Program-made: the position numbers and the translations under genes | In this document: piece after piece, positions 1 to 15,000 of the stretch | How the letters are laid out: each line of letters opens with the position of its first letter | Numbering within the stretch: the stretch's first letter is position 1 | Notes under the pieces: generated by a model | What the model was told of the DNA's origin: nothing | Seen by the model: only the letters and a program-made list of their open reading frames with translations | Database searches by the model: none | Assembly: GCA_977030845.1 (NCBI GenBank) | Contig: OZ365116.1 | Location: 18,228,001 to 18,292,000, forward strand | Source: Fimbriosthenelais zetlandica | Taxonomy: Eukaryota | Direction: 5' to 3' | DNA length: 64,000 nt

Positions 1-3000
1 CTTCACTTCTATAATACTGCTCATGCCAAGTCACTGCACTCGCTTAATCATACTTTCTGCTTTCAATCAAATATCAATATAGAACATGAGATTATTGATC
101 TACAGCAAGGCTCAGATAGAAAATATATAAGGAAAACTTAAAATGAATGCATGGTATGGCTTGGGCTTTTAAAGGGAGGGATTGAAATAATCCAATAGAT
201 GTTGGTTGATGTGAGGGAGTCTTATTTTTCATAAAAGGGCTCAAGATCTTAGTATGTAAGTTTATTCTGCTGACAGCGTGTGAATGAATAAGGATAAATA
301 TATATCGTCACGGAAAATTACAGTGCGCATCTCTAAGTGGTGAATACCACTTTGTATACCATTGTATTACAGGCTATATCAATTTTGATTTCAAGTTCGT
401 GGGAGATGGCTAAGCCGTCCCCAAATCCAAAGAAATTGCAAAATTCACGATTTTCCTTTCAACTCTGAAATAATAAAGTTTTAAGCTGAGAAAGGACGAT
501 GGTATCCCTGGAATTGTACATTCGCATCGGGACTATATATAAAACCTTATTGAAATAGCTTATAGAATTGCTGACAAGTGATAACAATTTCAAACTTGGG
601 TCGCAGATTTATGACGAAGTAAATTATAAGCCAACAAGAAATAAATTACGCTAATTGGCACATCCTCAGGGTGAGTATTAAATGAGGAAGATTGACTCAC
701 TCTCCAGGGGAGTTCTTCCCTTTTGACCTGACCCCTAATACACACCTATATATAGTATACAATTCACCCTGCTATATTTTCCTCTCCTGCACGTCTCCTC
801 CTCCCCCGTCACCAATAAAAAGAAAACATCATAAACATTTCCCTCCTTATTGTAATAAGGAACAAGCGTCTGTGGTTAGTTGCGAACCATCTTATTTCCA
901 AATCGATTTCGGTGTCTTTTGAAAGAGTTTGAATCAGTATTGTCCAGTAGGATAACAAATAGCCACTGGGTTCATTGGTCTCGCAGCACAGACGTTTGAA
1001 CTTGACCTGGGAGCTGGCCGGAGGAGTGACCAAGAGTGTATAATGACAGAGATGGAAGTGTAACCTAAGGAACGCTGCCTGGGTAAAAAGCTAAGGGGAG
1101 TAGGGTAGAGAGAAAAGAAGCCAGATCTGAGCCAGCAGGGGGGATGACTGACCAGAGGCTACCTTATAGTATCACCTCTATCTAATACAGCTCTAGGGTT
1201 CCATGTAAAAAGGTGGGAACCTCAAATTGTACTCACTCCCTGTATTCATGCTTATAATGATAGTTTACAAGCGGAAACACATGGAAATGAAAGAAATGTG
1301 AAGGGATTCAGGGGCGCATTCAGGGTCTCATCTGTTCACCCCTGTAGGGTAACGTGATCATCCTCCCAGGTCAGAATACAAAAGCATGCATTCAACGGTG
1401 AAAGATTTCGAAAGTCAATTGAGCATCTGCAATTTACCTCAATTTTCCCTTCCGCGGAAAGGCAGGTTACACACGTCATTTTGCATCATCAAAAGCATTT
1501 TCAAGGTCTTTTCTCAAAGGAAAAAATGACCTTCTTACTTCACAGGAGCAGTGTAGACCAATAAATGTCCAAAAACCATAAATAGTATGATCGATATTAG
1601 CACAATGAGCCTTAAATATGGAAGTGCCGCGTGTATTTGGCGGCCTCGGTGATTGGCGACTAACGGACTGACACGTTGACTGGAGGTAACCGCCCTGGGG
1701 GTTATACATGTCTCCAAAAGTGAATGACTTCCCAATCTGTAACATCTCTATCATTGACAGATGACATGCGGTTAAACCAGATTTAACTCGCACTGATACA
1801 TGCTGATAAGTCACTAGTCAATCTCATGTACCACGGTTCAACCCACCCAATTATGGTCAATCCTCATGAAAAGAGAACAGATTTACTGAGGAATTTGAAA
1901 TCTCTGAATGTTACTTTTATCAGACCAACATCATAATAATATCCCAAATATCAAAGCATTATGTCACTGGCTTTCGCTAGATATAGAAGGGGGCTATCTT
2001 GATGATGGTATTATTGTCGGGGTGTGTATGAGGGGTAACATGGGGAGGTATTGGTGTTTGTAACGTCCTCAACAAATCATGGTCATCAGGAACCGGTATT
2101 TCACAGAACACAGATCTTATCACGGCAGTCAGGGCGCTCTATGGGTGGGTGGGGGCAGCTTTTGAATACTTGGCAAGGGGTGGGCTATGGTACAATAGAG
2201 ATATAGTTAGGTATATATATTCCTTCAGTCTTATAGCTATTTCATGAACAAGGGCCTGGATTTTATTTAATAATTAAATTATTGAAAACTATGAAATATT
2301 TTATCTCTCCTAAAACTGGAAGGTAGGGAGGTGGATATAGGTAGAAGGAGAGAGATTATCAGATAGCCCCATCGGCTACTTCTCCCACTATTGTTATGGG
2401 CAATTACAGGTACCTCCCCCACCGCTAGGTGCCTCATGATGACCACCTATGACGTCATAACATTAATCATGACGTCACTTCCCTTTAGGAGGCTGACTGG
2501 AGAGTGTGAGGGTACTCAGGTAGGGCGCTATTGTCCGGGGCCCCGCACCAAAACGTGAACCATACCAGTTCTTTTACCCTTGTGCGGAGAAAATGACACG
2601 GGGGAAGACCAGCTCGCAATATGCTGTAAACACCGACACAATAAGACTTAAATAGTGGCGGACGGGTGCCAAGAAAACCATGTCCTACCAGGCGCCCCTA
2701 CAGGACGCCACAAAGAAAAACAGTTGGAGCTTTAGTCTGAATTTGGTCATCATTATTTTGAAGTGAGAAAACGCTGCGGCACTGCGCGAAGAGAGAGCAT
2801 ATTAAGTTGTTTATGTGTCATTGAAAGATAATAGAAAGATACAGGATAATAGATGTGGTGGAATATTAACTCAACCATCTTCTCACCCTGACAAGACTAG
2901 ACAACACTATCATTTACTACATTTTCTTCACTTAAGTTGGAGGCTTGAATATTATGTCATAATTAGATACAAAATATACTTTTCCCGGGCGTTTTTTTGA

Positions 3001-6000
3001 AATTTAAATTTGCTTCAGACCCATAAGCAAATGGACAAAAGACTTGAGGTGACACTATTTGAGGAAATGGGAAACTTATGGTCATTACTATCCATAGCCA
3101 ACCAGACACCTGCTACCCAAACAACTAAATGTTGACAATTTAGAATTATGCTAAACAGATACAAACAGTCGGACATATTCCTCAACATATTGAGGCGGAC
3201 AAGTGCAGTATGGTCCCAACAAAAATTTAACACAATTGTAAATGTGTTGAGTACCAGTCGGGCCCTTTATTACAGTATCTTCCCCAAGGAAGCTGGGCCT
3301 GTGATGGTTATAATCCCACCTTACCACCTGTTGTCACCCACTCCCCATCACTAGTTATGGCCATCACAGTGTCTAATACCCTCCCTCAAACCATTAAACA
3401 ATCGCTTCATCATCATATGATACAACAATCTTTATTGAAAAAGCTTTTCCCTCTGTTGACTTGATATGTCCCATGGGCATCAGTGGTTTCACACCTGGCT
3501 GGTTCCCCCGTCCCACTCATGACCGTTTGATGTGGGATTGTTAGCGGTCCTTTTGGTGTTGGGGAGAGCTGAACAAGTCCCAGGGGAAGGAGCCCGGGAA
3601 GATACCCTACTATAGTACTAATCTGAGTTTCTCCTATTCCAAATCCTTCCCAATCCATCTGTACAGGTGATGCTCACTTATATTGGAAAATACAGTCACC
3701 CAATGTTGGAGTAAATATATATATGTGGGTATAAGAGCCGTACTTTTCCCATGGTCCTCCCTATATATGACACTTTCCCAAGGTCCTAAAATATGTAAAT
3801 TTTCCCAGGCCGATCTCAGATTCTGGATCATAAAAGTTTCACTAAAGCATCCCCCTCAATCAATCATTCACAGATCCCTCCTACATTAGTGGGACTGGGT
3901 ATACTCGAGGTGTAGTGAAACAGGTCGACGGTGACTCGACTTGGTCATAATCATCTTATCTTCACCCCGTATAAACGGCCGTCACATTTCACTGACAATT
4001 TACCTCATAATTCCTCACCCTAACTTTTCATTAAGGGCACAGTAGGTCGATTATCTACTACTTAGGACCTTATAAAGCTTGCCCTTAAATAGTGCTGAAA
4101 GGTGGTTAGATTGAGAGTAAGGGATCATAAAAGTGGCAATGATGGCCGCAGCACCTCTATACCCCGCCTAGGGCTGTGGTCGCTGTCAGGGCAATAGTCG
4201 CAGGTAGTAGTCGTGAGACTATCACCTGAACCAACTATAGCTAGATGAGTATACAATAGCCAGGTTATAGCTGCTACATTTAGTACCCTGGTATGACATG
4301 TGTATCTTTAAAAGCGATATCATAGAACGTATGATCAAATATCCATGGATTTGGGGGTAAAAACATTGATTATTTTGGGAACAATCTAAGTTTTCTCGGG
4401 TTGAAATATAAGGAGCTTTTACTATATAGGACACGTGGCTGAGAAGTGAGGAGAGATGCGAGTAGATGAGGGATGATTGATGGGTGGGAGGTTAATAAGG
4501 GGTAAATGATATCATTAATCACCAGCCTCATCACTCCTTACTGAACAATCTGGATTAATCAATTCAATACACCCCTCCCCTGCCAATAGACAACTCCACA
4601 TCTTATACTCACCCACTTTACCTCACAGTTTATAGCATTAGATAACCAGGTAACTTCTATTTTATGGTCATCAAAACTCAATCGATTTCACCATGAATAA
4701 TGGATCAAACTTGATCTGAATAAGGAGGATGAAAAGGTAACCACCATTTTGGGCGGCCACACATGTATTGGTATTAGCTTTTCTTTCATCCAAGTCCAGA
4801 CCATTTTTCAACTTTGACGACTATTTTTTTCTGTCGTCATCGAGAACTTCCTTGTCCTGGAATTGAGATGTAGCAAGCTGACTGTAACTGAGTAGATAAG
4901 AACTGGTCAAATTTCCACAGCTCACTATATTTACTCACAGGGCAGGATCCACAAGTTGTCATAGATCGCAATTACATCAAACGCATTGTGTGAAAAGCAA
5001 TAAATGTCCAGAGAATTATATATTATTGATAAGATCGAATCGAAAAAGTCCGAGATGAAAAGAAGCAAGCAGAGGAAAACAAATTTGATATTTCCCACCA
5101 GGATGATATCTACCTGGCGGTTTGGAATAACTTGTCAAATGTTTAAGATAAGGAACGATTTGAATCTATATCTCAGGTTTTAGTATGCAACACAAAAAGT
5201 CTCACCATGGGGTGGACATTTTGGTAAACATCTAATCTTTATGAAGAAATTTGAATTATCTTGTTTATCTCTGTCACATATAAATCAACAAAAGATGACT
5301 AGTCTATAGATCAAGAGAAGATATAATCACTCAAATCATCCAAGAAATCAAAATGAAAGTGAATTTTCTCAAAGTAAACTATGGGTAGGTTTTGGGTTTA
5401 GCCATTAGCTTCAGCCACAGCCTGTAATTGCGGCCTCAATCTGGTGATCAGACCTGGTGCAACCTGAAGCTATAGAGGATGAAGGTGATCATCATGTCTT
5501 ACCTGTCTGACAGATTCACTGATTTACTGGATACATACCTCTATATATCCAGTCAACACAGAGAAAGTTAAACCCTCCAACCCTCATCACTTACCTACCT
5601 CACAGACCATTCACCCTCACAAAAGTATGACGCATTATTTATAAATTATCTTTAAACTTTCAATACCACCCTGGGCGATCACTTCAGTTCATATCTAACG
5701 CTAGAATAACACGGAGATATATTTCCGCAGAACCTCACGAACCCTTTCCTCTCACCTTCAAAAATCACATACTCAATAAAAGGTATCGATTCCAATCACA
5801 GAAATTTCCCACCATTGCGGATCTGTGCTGGGGTATTGAGTATCATCATGGGGAATTATTGGTTTTCCCACTTTGCTATCACTGTCACATTGTTGGCTTC
5901 CGTTCCCATGGCCTTTTCTAATGTCTACAGCGACCTGAGGGATGTCACCCTAGCATCTTTTATATGTAGTACTTGAGGCCCATGGTAATAATGTCTTTGT

Positions 6001-9000
6001 ATAATACAATATCCTCACTCCTACACTAGACTAGAAGTAAAGCTCACCTTTATATATATAGAATTTATAGGCCGATGCCCCTACTCTATGTTTAAGTCGT
6101 AAAAGTGGTCATCGGGGTCCTTTCTCTCTTGCTTCTTCTTGGGGTTTCTTTTCATCTCACCAGTCCCTCCCACAGTCCCAACAGCAAACAAGCCATCATC
6201 GCCTCATGACTGTACTTAACGTTTTACTCGCAATATATCAACTCTGATTTAGGTTTGCCATCAGTGGAGGCTTTCCCCCACTGGTACATGTAAACATATA
6301 CCCGTTAATTTGAAGGCAGCTCGGAGCGGTCAGCCCATGTAGACATTCTGACTCAGATGTCTTCATCTGCCAGTCTGTTATTGAGGAGTGACTCGCACCT
6401 TATGTAAGGGCCTTACTTACATATGTTTTCAGACATGCATGTAAGCTCATGTTACATGTCCACACCATGTCATTAATATACAGCGGTCGACCCTCGGGTA
6501 TGTGGAATTAAGGGCACAGTTTCGATGGATAGGTAGATAGGTTGGATTTAATCATTAACATTTTGTTCGGGAGAAATCCAAAACAATATATTATAAAATG
6601 AACAATTTTAGTTTGATTTTAAGAAAAGATGGGTCTTTGGTCTTTTTCAGGATAGTATAAAGGAATGCTTTTCTTGAATTTGGCCTTTCTTACAAAGGAA
6701 CTTTGTGTCAGTAATAATCTTCCACTGAGGGCTAATCCATTAGGTTTGAATAATATCAGAGACTGATGGATCATCAGCTATTCTACAAACCCCTAATTTG
6801 AAAGTTTACCTTGTTGGTATGGGCCATATATCAATGACAAAAAGCCCATTTGACACATGACATTATGGACCACCTTTTTGTAAAGAAAGGAATAAAAAAA
6901 ATGATAGTAAAGAAAAATGTTGATCAGATTTTTCTCTTCCCTTTGAAGAATCAATCAACGTCTGATTCGAGTTTAAATTGGCAGTGTCTCCAACGAGCTG
7001 GGAGTAAATGACAGAAACTTCTCTTTATATATAGAGAGAGACCATTACAGGGTGCTGGTTCATCACCTAAAATATACTTAAATTTAAGTAAGAGAGTTTT
7101 TAAAAAATCTTACCATGATATCCCTCGCGAGTAAATACACATCTCTTGAAGAAAAGTTGTCCTTTGTGAAGATGAAAGGCACGAGGAAGGAGTCAATGTA
7201 GAGTAAGTTGAGTCTCTGCTCACTGCCCTCAAGGGGATTTGATGTCAAGTATACCACGACTGGCGGCCAGTGATTGTACATTCATGCTATCATTACTGTA
7301 ACATTCCTGACAATCCAAGTATACACATCTTCATCTAAAAGAGAAAGTGTATAACCTCATAAACATGGAATATAAAAACTCTAAAACAAATGTTACAAAT
7401 AGACATATAGTCTTTGCTGGACTCCTCAATACATTAATTTATGACAAATAAATTAAAGAGTAATCCAGCAATGATGAACCCGTTCTAACGGGAATATTTC
7501 TCAGGAATCAATGAACACCTGTTGACAAAGAGGGATTTACCCTTATAGATATTAAATTATTGATATCTTGACATTTTAATAGAAAGCAGCCATAGGAGAT
7601 TAAAACATAAAGGGGGAATCTGGCATGCATGATAAGTGGCCAGTGCTCCACACCTGAGGCATACATAACAAAAAAGCCGAGGAAAGGGAGACTATTAGAG
7701 ATTCTGTGAAGAGGGATCAAGTCAGCTTGTAAGCACTCGAGTTTAACCTGGCCTGTCCAGGCAGAGATGGGAGGAGATAAATACATTATATCTCCCCGAA
7801 ACATGCCCGCATTCTACCAGGGATGGGAGCAGTATATTATAAGCCAAGTGTCAGTCAAACGCTCATTGAAATTCAAGGTGAAGCTATCTTTATAATAAAG
7901 GATAAGTGTTACTTTATGTGAATCGGTTCCGCAATGTAACTTAAAAGCACGTTTTGTCACAAGCATGCCAAATTCCCTTGCGGAAAATCCTCAAAATAAG
8001 GGTATTTGCTTTATGTTTTGGTTGGCAAACAGGACGCTCGAGTGCGAAAAAAGCGATTCTTAATGAGTACATCTAATTTATATTCAGACCCCAGAGACCT
8101 GTGTACACCCACATCATGTCATGTACTGACGTTCCCGAAGTTGGTTTCAGAAAGTGTAAATAAAATTAATTAAAATTAAAAAAAACACATGAGAAATAGC
8201 ATGAGAGATTCTGTTCTTGAGAAACAGAAATCATTTTACAGAAAATCCTCGAATGAGAATGATGAAAGAAACAATATTTCTTGATTTGGCATTCTTCATC
8301 CAAGACGAATGGTCCCTTAACCCCGAACAAAACTTTTTTCGCCTACAATTTTTAAAAAGACATAAGATTTATAGTAGGTAATCATAGTTTTAAATGGCTA
8401 AATCATGCACATAATAGGGGGTAAATATATTGAGTTAGTCGTCTACACAATACTATATAAGCAGGTCTCGATGAAGGAATGGAAGGCTATTGTGGGAGAA
8501 GTTTATAATTATATGGGAAACTGAGTAAAGGATTACACTTGCGCAAGGGATCAAGACTATTTGGAGACAAGCTGGGAAATGTCTACTTCTTGAATAACAA
8601 GGGGTTGATATGTAAGTATTGATTTTCTCCTCTCATTGAGAGCTTATCAATCATATATACAAACACCATAAAGAGACTTCTTTGTAAGGGTGTCAGAAAA
8701 CCCAAATGAAAAGATATGATTTGTCAAAAAAAAATTCCTCCATACCCTTTAATTAACTAAGGACAAATCCAAACGCGAAGCTTGAGGGTGTTGATACCGT
8801 CTATGGATGTAAGGGTATTTGAGGGACTTTGATGAGATATCGCTTTTGATCTGAACTATTGCTTCTTAAAGAAAAAATGCGAGGGGGTAGTGTCAGGGAG
8901 TGCAGACTTCATGTATTATCAAATCATAGCTATGTTTAAACCTCTGTGAAAACATTGTAGAATTTTCTCACACTCTGATACTGTATACAGTACCATGGTT

Positions 9001-12000
9001 TACTTGTGTGGAACTATAAAAAAGACATCAATAAGGCCGATCCGTATGCAATGAAAAAAATACAAAACGACAACCAATTTATGACCTAGACGCTTGTTGT
9101 TTCCTTTTACAAAAAGGTGAGTGAGTAGATCTATGCGTATCAGCATGTATGGGAAACATTTTGCGTGCAAATTTCAGTCCTTATTAAAAAGTTCTGAAGA
9201 TATTTCACTTATTAATAATTTCTGGAATTTCTTTCCTTTGGATGTCCTTGCAGTTCAAACTTTGTGATAACATTTCTTTAGGTTAATCAAAAATACATTA
9301 ATTCCCTACATTATAAATATGAATTCTAGGCATACATATTTGCTGTCTCGGCCTTTGAACTTGAAGTTCTGTGAATGGGTTCAAAGTGATGCAATATCAA
9401 TAGCTATCAATGCTTTACATATTTATTAATATGAAAACCCGGAACGCGCACCTAATAACCCATGGCCATTTTCTTACTACCAGACGACTTTTTTTATCAG
9501 AAAAAATCCATGTGAATCCGGGAAAAGAGAAATGTTGGGGATTGGCCTCTCAGAAAAGTAAATTAAAGTTTCCAATTGCGTGCTATTAAAACTATTACTA
9601 CATAAATTTGTATTTGAAAATATCCCGCACTACCTTTCATTCAATAGCAGAGCATATCGGCATAAAATAATAGGAAACCACTAGTTGTCATTTACAGATA
9701 TGACAGGGGGAAATAATGGTCACGTTAGTAGGGTTTTTAACATATGATAAATGACACAGTGACAAGAAGGTAAAGGTACTAATGGCTTCCCTTCAGTTCA
9801 CATCTCAACCAAAATCACATGGTGAATTCATATGATTAGCATATGTTGTATGGTCAAAGTATCTGTAAGTGGGGTTGAGAAACAAGCCCGAACCCTCGGG
9901 GGTCATTCATTCACCCCGCCACCCCCTAAATGGCGCACGCTGCCTGTGCAATAGTCATTACAACCAGTGTTGCACAAGCATGGTTGAGGCTATCAATGAC
10001 AATAAGATCAAAAGGTATGGGGTATTGTTTGCGGTATTGGTCATAATGCTAAATCGCAACTAGCTTAGCCAACATATAATTTGGACATCTTCTTCCTCTC
10101 CCCCTCTTCCTCGGTCGGTTAGCGGGGTCTTGGGGAGGGGGTGGGGTCTTTTCTTGAAGACATCTCGGATTACATTGGTTAAAGACGTGGAGAATCATCA
10201 CCACTCGATCAAACGCTTGTTTTCTGTTTGACAATGCCTCCGACAGGGGCTCTCACCTACAGGTGAGGGCTCAATCTGATGGGCCTGCATTTTTTATTAT
10301 TGGTTTTTTTCAGTCTGGACGACTAATAAAAACCAACAGGGGGAGATAGCGACGTGGGAAAATGAGGGAGCGACCATGCTTCCATTGCGAGGGGCTGATT
10401 AATGAAAAATCATACTTTTTTCCTTTTGGTCAATCGGTTTTACTGGCCATTGTACCAGGCGACCTTTGTAAGTTATAAAACTCTAAAATAGTGGTCACTT
10501 TTCCAGGGGGGCTTACATATCAAAGATTTCCTTCATCACAGGGTGAAAAATTCAGACTTTCAGATGAAAGACTATGGTCGGTTTGGTGTTTGATTTCTAG
10601 TAAAAGGACATTGCATAAACACTCAACACAAGACAAGTCGATGATTGAGAAAACTATAGAAAACAAATCGCTAGGCTCAAGTTATAAAAACATAATTGGA
10701 AGATGGGCTCTTCTTTGAAACTTCAAGCTCTTTGAGCGTGTGAATAATTGGACTGTCTTGGTCGGTGTTGTAGAGGCGCGCGCTGCAAGCTTGAGAGCAG
10801 CAACAATAGGTGAACAATTGGTACTCCACGCGGCAATGCTTTGTAACGGGACACAGGGTTACCATAGAAACAATGAGCCACGGGCAAACAAGTGAAGGAG
10901 GTTGGATTTTCGGTAGATTTGCTGTAAACGCGCGAGGAAATAACCGTGAGCTTGTGGCCATCGTACTCTTCATGTTTCGTATATGGTTTTTCTCCCAATA
11001 TAAGAATATTTTTTTGAGGAAATACTCAACTGAGGCAGAAAAATTATTATCTCATTTGCAAAGATGATAAGGCAATTCTCACATAATAAAATCAGTGGTG
11101 CAGGGAAAAAACAGTAAAAGGATCACTTGGAGGTTGACAAGACCAGACATAGTATTAAAATCATGGCATAATACAAATTGATTTGGGGAATTTGTAAAAT
11201 GATTAAAAGCCATTCCATTTCATTATCAAAGCCCTATCATGGATAGGGTTCACCTATATATTTAACAATGGGATTCACAGATATAAATAACTTTATCCAA
11301 GCCCGAAACTCAGGGCGAGCGCCTGTAAGAATACCTGACTTCAAAGCTACAGCCAATTGCAGGTTTGGGCTGTGTAAGAATTATGGAGGCTGGCAAATCA
11401 CGAGCCCGAATCAGGGATGATAACCGCCGTGTGGTATTCACCTACTATTGTCCACACTGGCGGGATGACCAGTTAGACATATCAATCACACGGTGTATAG
11501 GGGAGAGGTGGATGCTTGTGGCTGTGTCTACTTATGAATGACATGAGTTTTAATGGTAGAACGAGGTACCGTCTCCCTTGGTGGTCATTTGTTACATAGC
11601 ATCATGGTCATTTATAATATAGTTCCATTGTAAAAACAACTTTCTGACAGCGTACACATTAGGTGCCAAATTTGAAGTGATTTCCATCTGCCTTTCTGAC
11701 TATTTACCTTCATTTATCTTAAAGGTTTGGCAGCAGACTTTAGCCGGCGAATTATAAAAGATAGTATATCTGTGACATTCCCTAAAGCAGTAGTTTCTAG
11801 TACGTGGGAAACAGAAAAGTTATTTCTTGAAGTATATATACTATTTTAAGTTATACCGAGATTAAATTGAAGATTGTAGGCTTTTTCAGTAACAGCTTTG
11901 TATGTCTGGTGTGAATTAGCACAGATTAAGACAAATTAACATGAAATAAAAAGAATTTAAAACCATGTCTGACAAGACAATAGATCTTCTAGAAAAGTGG

Positions 12001-15000
12001 AGAAAAGGAATAGCACAGGAGGTGGAGAAATTGTGTGAAATAGATAGAGGGATGGATTGATCGGGGGAAAGGATGGATGGGCGGGGTATATTACAGCTCA
12101 CATAGATGGATGGATAGCTGGGTGGATAGAGCTGAGAAACCAGTAAACTGGTGTCCTTCACCTGAAAGTAAGGGACAAGACCCTCTCCTGATAGGATGGG
12201 TGATCACCTTGAACACGCCCCGATGGGAGGGTAGGAAGGGTGAGAAGGGTGGGAGGTGGTGGTTGAGGGATATATGTGATGGGTGGATGGCTCTATTTGA
12301 ACGTGGGTTCTTTCCCTGTCTCTCTGTCTGTCTCAGTAGGGGGTGGCTAAGGTGAGAAGGAGACAAGGGGGTGGGGGTGTAACTACTGCACCCTGTGATA
12401 CACCACTACAAGCATATATATATTAGCCCTCCTCTCTCCTCCATCGCCACTCAGTCAGTGACTGAAGCTTGAAGCATCGAGAATATATAAATCTCTACAT
12501 CAGTAATCACGACCAAACACATTGAATCCAACAACCACCACCACTACTACACCTATAGTCCCTACTCAGGGTAGAGACACTGCGGTATATACTGTACACC
12601 TGTTACTTTGACCATCCCCCTTCTTCTTTGAATCGTCTCGATCCGAATGTTACATCTGGTTTGAGATAGGCAATATGGTCATACAAGACGAAGGTTAGTA
12701 AACAGCATCTTATGATCTATCATTATACCAAATACCAAATATTCAGGTATTATATTTTGTACTGACTAAATCATATATTACCGACATGTTTTTTGAATGG
12801 ATCTTGGGGAATGACACATTGATATGTATTCAATAATGGCTCATTGTTATTTATGACTGGGACTAAATCACTGGATACTAGATTTTGACAAATCTTTACC
12901 CCTGCAGACTTTACCCCCTGAAGTCTTATCATGTTCATTTTATCTTGCGCAATATTCATATGTATTCATGTGGAGGAGACATGATATTTGAAGATAGGGA
13001 GGTCTTTGAAAGTCGGCGGCTGAATTGTGTTATGTAATAATAGGTAACGGGGAAGTATGACACATGGGGAAGATAAGGCGAGATGGTCACACAGAGAGGG
13101 CCTGTATCAAGGCTTTATCTCACATCATTAGCTCAGCCTCCACACAGATCTACAGTCTGAGGTGGGCGTGGGAAAGCTTAACTTTCTGATATTATATAAA
13201 TCATATGACGTTATAACAAATAACCAATGATTCACGTTATGACTATATAGGGACCTCAGCAGGGCATAATACAGCCATCCATGCCTCTACACTGCAGTAA
13301 CTATTATGGATTGGGGGAAAAGAAGGGCATTTTCCGTCAATTGATACCTATTGACTTTTTATGTTCTCGCAGGAGGTAAATGAGGTCCTTAAGGACAACA
13401 AAGACGGGTAATCATGGCCCAGTAGTGAGGGCCGGGAAAGCTGAAGGCCCTCCCGTTAATAGTCCTATTAAAGACCTTAAAAAGCAGTCATTTAGGGGAA
13501 AGTCACTGTCATATACGTCTTGTTTGGGGACCTCCTGACGCGATCTAAGACAATCTGACCTGCTTTTTAACTTAGGTTCTTAAAAGTCAGGTACTGGGTA
13601 TATATACGTCAAACCGTGGGAAATGTATAGAAAAATGACATTGTCAGATGAATTCCTATTCCAGATTATTCCAGATTTATTTGCATTAATGTTTCTCTGA
13701 GTGGATTTAAGGGGAGGGACAGGCCGCATGTCTATCCTTGTAGCCATAATGTGAGCTGTCAGGAAGACTATAATTACAAATTAAATCTGAAGTAATAATT
13801 ACCAATGGCTTTGACCACTGGTCACTCAACATGTCCAGTGAAGGCCGGACATTGATGGCTACCTTGGTCAGCTTTCATTGATTTGGAGGGACTTAGGCAC
13901 TAGAGGTCAGGGGCGGGTCAGTTGTGGACAAAGTAGAGTGGACAGATCAAGCGAGGGGTACAAAGAAGTAGGGAGTGAGGTATGGAGGGACGGGTGGTGT
14001 TACGGCATTCACTCATTGACATTGTCAGCCATAGAGACATGATGACTACAATGTACCAAGCTACAGTTCCTAATTGAAACCATAAACCGCCACCATTCCA
14101 CCAACTCCTTTTATTCAACCGCCAGGGGTCCATACGACCAACAAAGATATAAATGGCCTCACACAATCTATCTCATTTCAGAAATTCTTTCTCCTCACTT
14201 TCAAATTTTGAAATTTTTGACAGCAAAGCAGACAAATGTTTTATAGATTTTTACAATGCATCAGACCTTGATATATGGACAAAAACATGGGAGGAGGGAA
14301 AACAAATTTACTGTAACGGATATATATTTATGAATAATCCAATAGTAATGATGTCATGACTAAGTAATACTGACTTGAATGAATGCATAAAAAAAAATGT
14401 GGAGGATAATTGATGGGAGGTAGAGAGGGGCAAATCATGGTGGAGTACACCCTCAGAGACAGTGAGACCACCTCACACAATGTACCCCCTCCTGTTCTGA
14501 CAAGCCCACGGCGGACAGAAAAGAAAGGCCCATGAGAAAGACCCGCCTAAAACATATGTCATTTCTGTAGTTAAGACCCCTGACATATTCCATTTGGCCC
14601 AGCCTTTTGCCTCTGCGCCACACACTCAAATTACATGGCCAGAAACCATAGATGCCTATTTGTCACTCGTGGGAGAAGAAACAAACTCGTTGGTTTTCTT
14701 TTCGTTTGGGCCTGGGGATCCATCCATCCCCCTCTCAAATGCTTGTTCATGCGTCCGCTGTGATGGCACGGCGGCGGCTTGCCATGCTCGAACAGAAAGT
14801 AAAAGATATAATTACTATCTTGTGGACAGGGGACGGCTGGGTGCGGGCCAGTCAGGCCTAATGTATGGGGTATGAATTGCTGGTTTACATTCCCAGCCTC
14901 AGGGGCCCTCATGCCCCCGAGGCATTTAGAGGCTCAGTTGATCCAATACACGAGGTATAAGAGGAGAGGGGATCAGTTGATCTGTCTGTGGAGATCTGGC

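Noticed and set aside
1476-1814. 112-aa minus-strand ORF
   Set aside because: It has no recognisable homology, and its length is within chance expectation for 64 kb.
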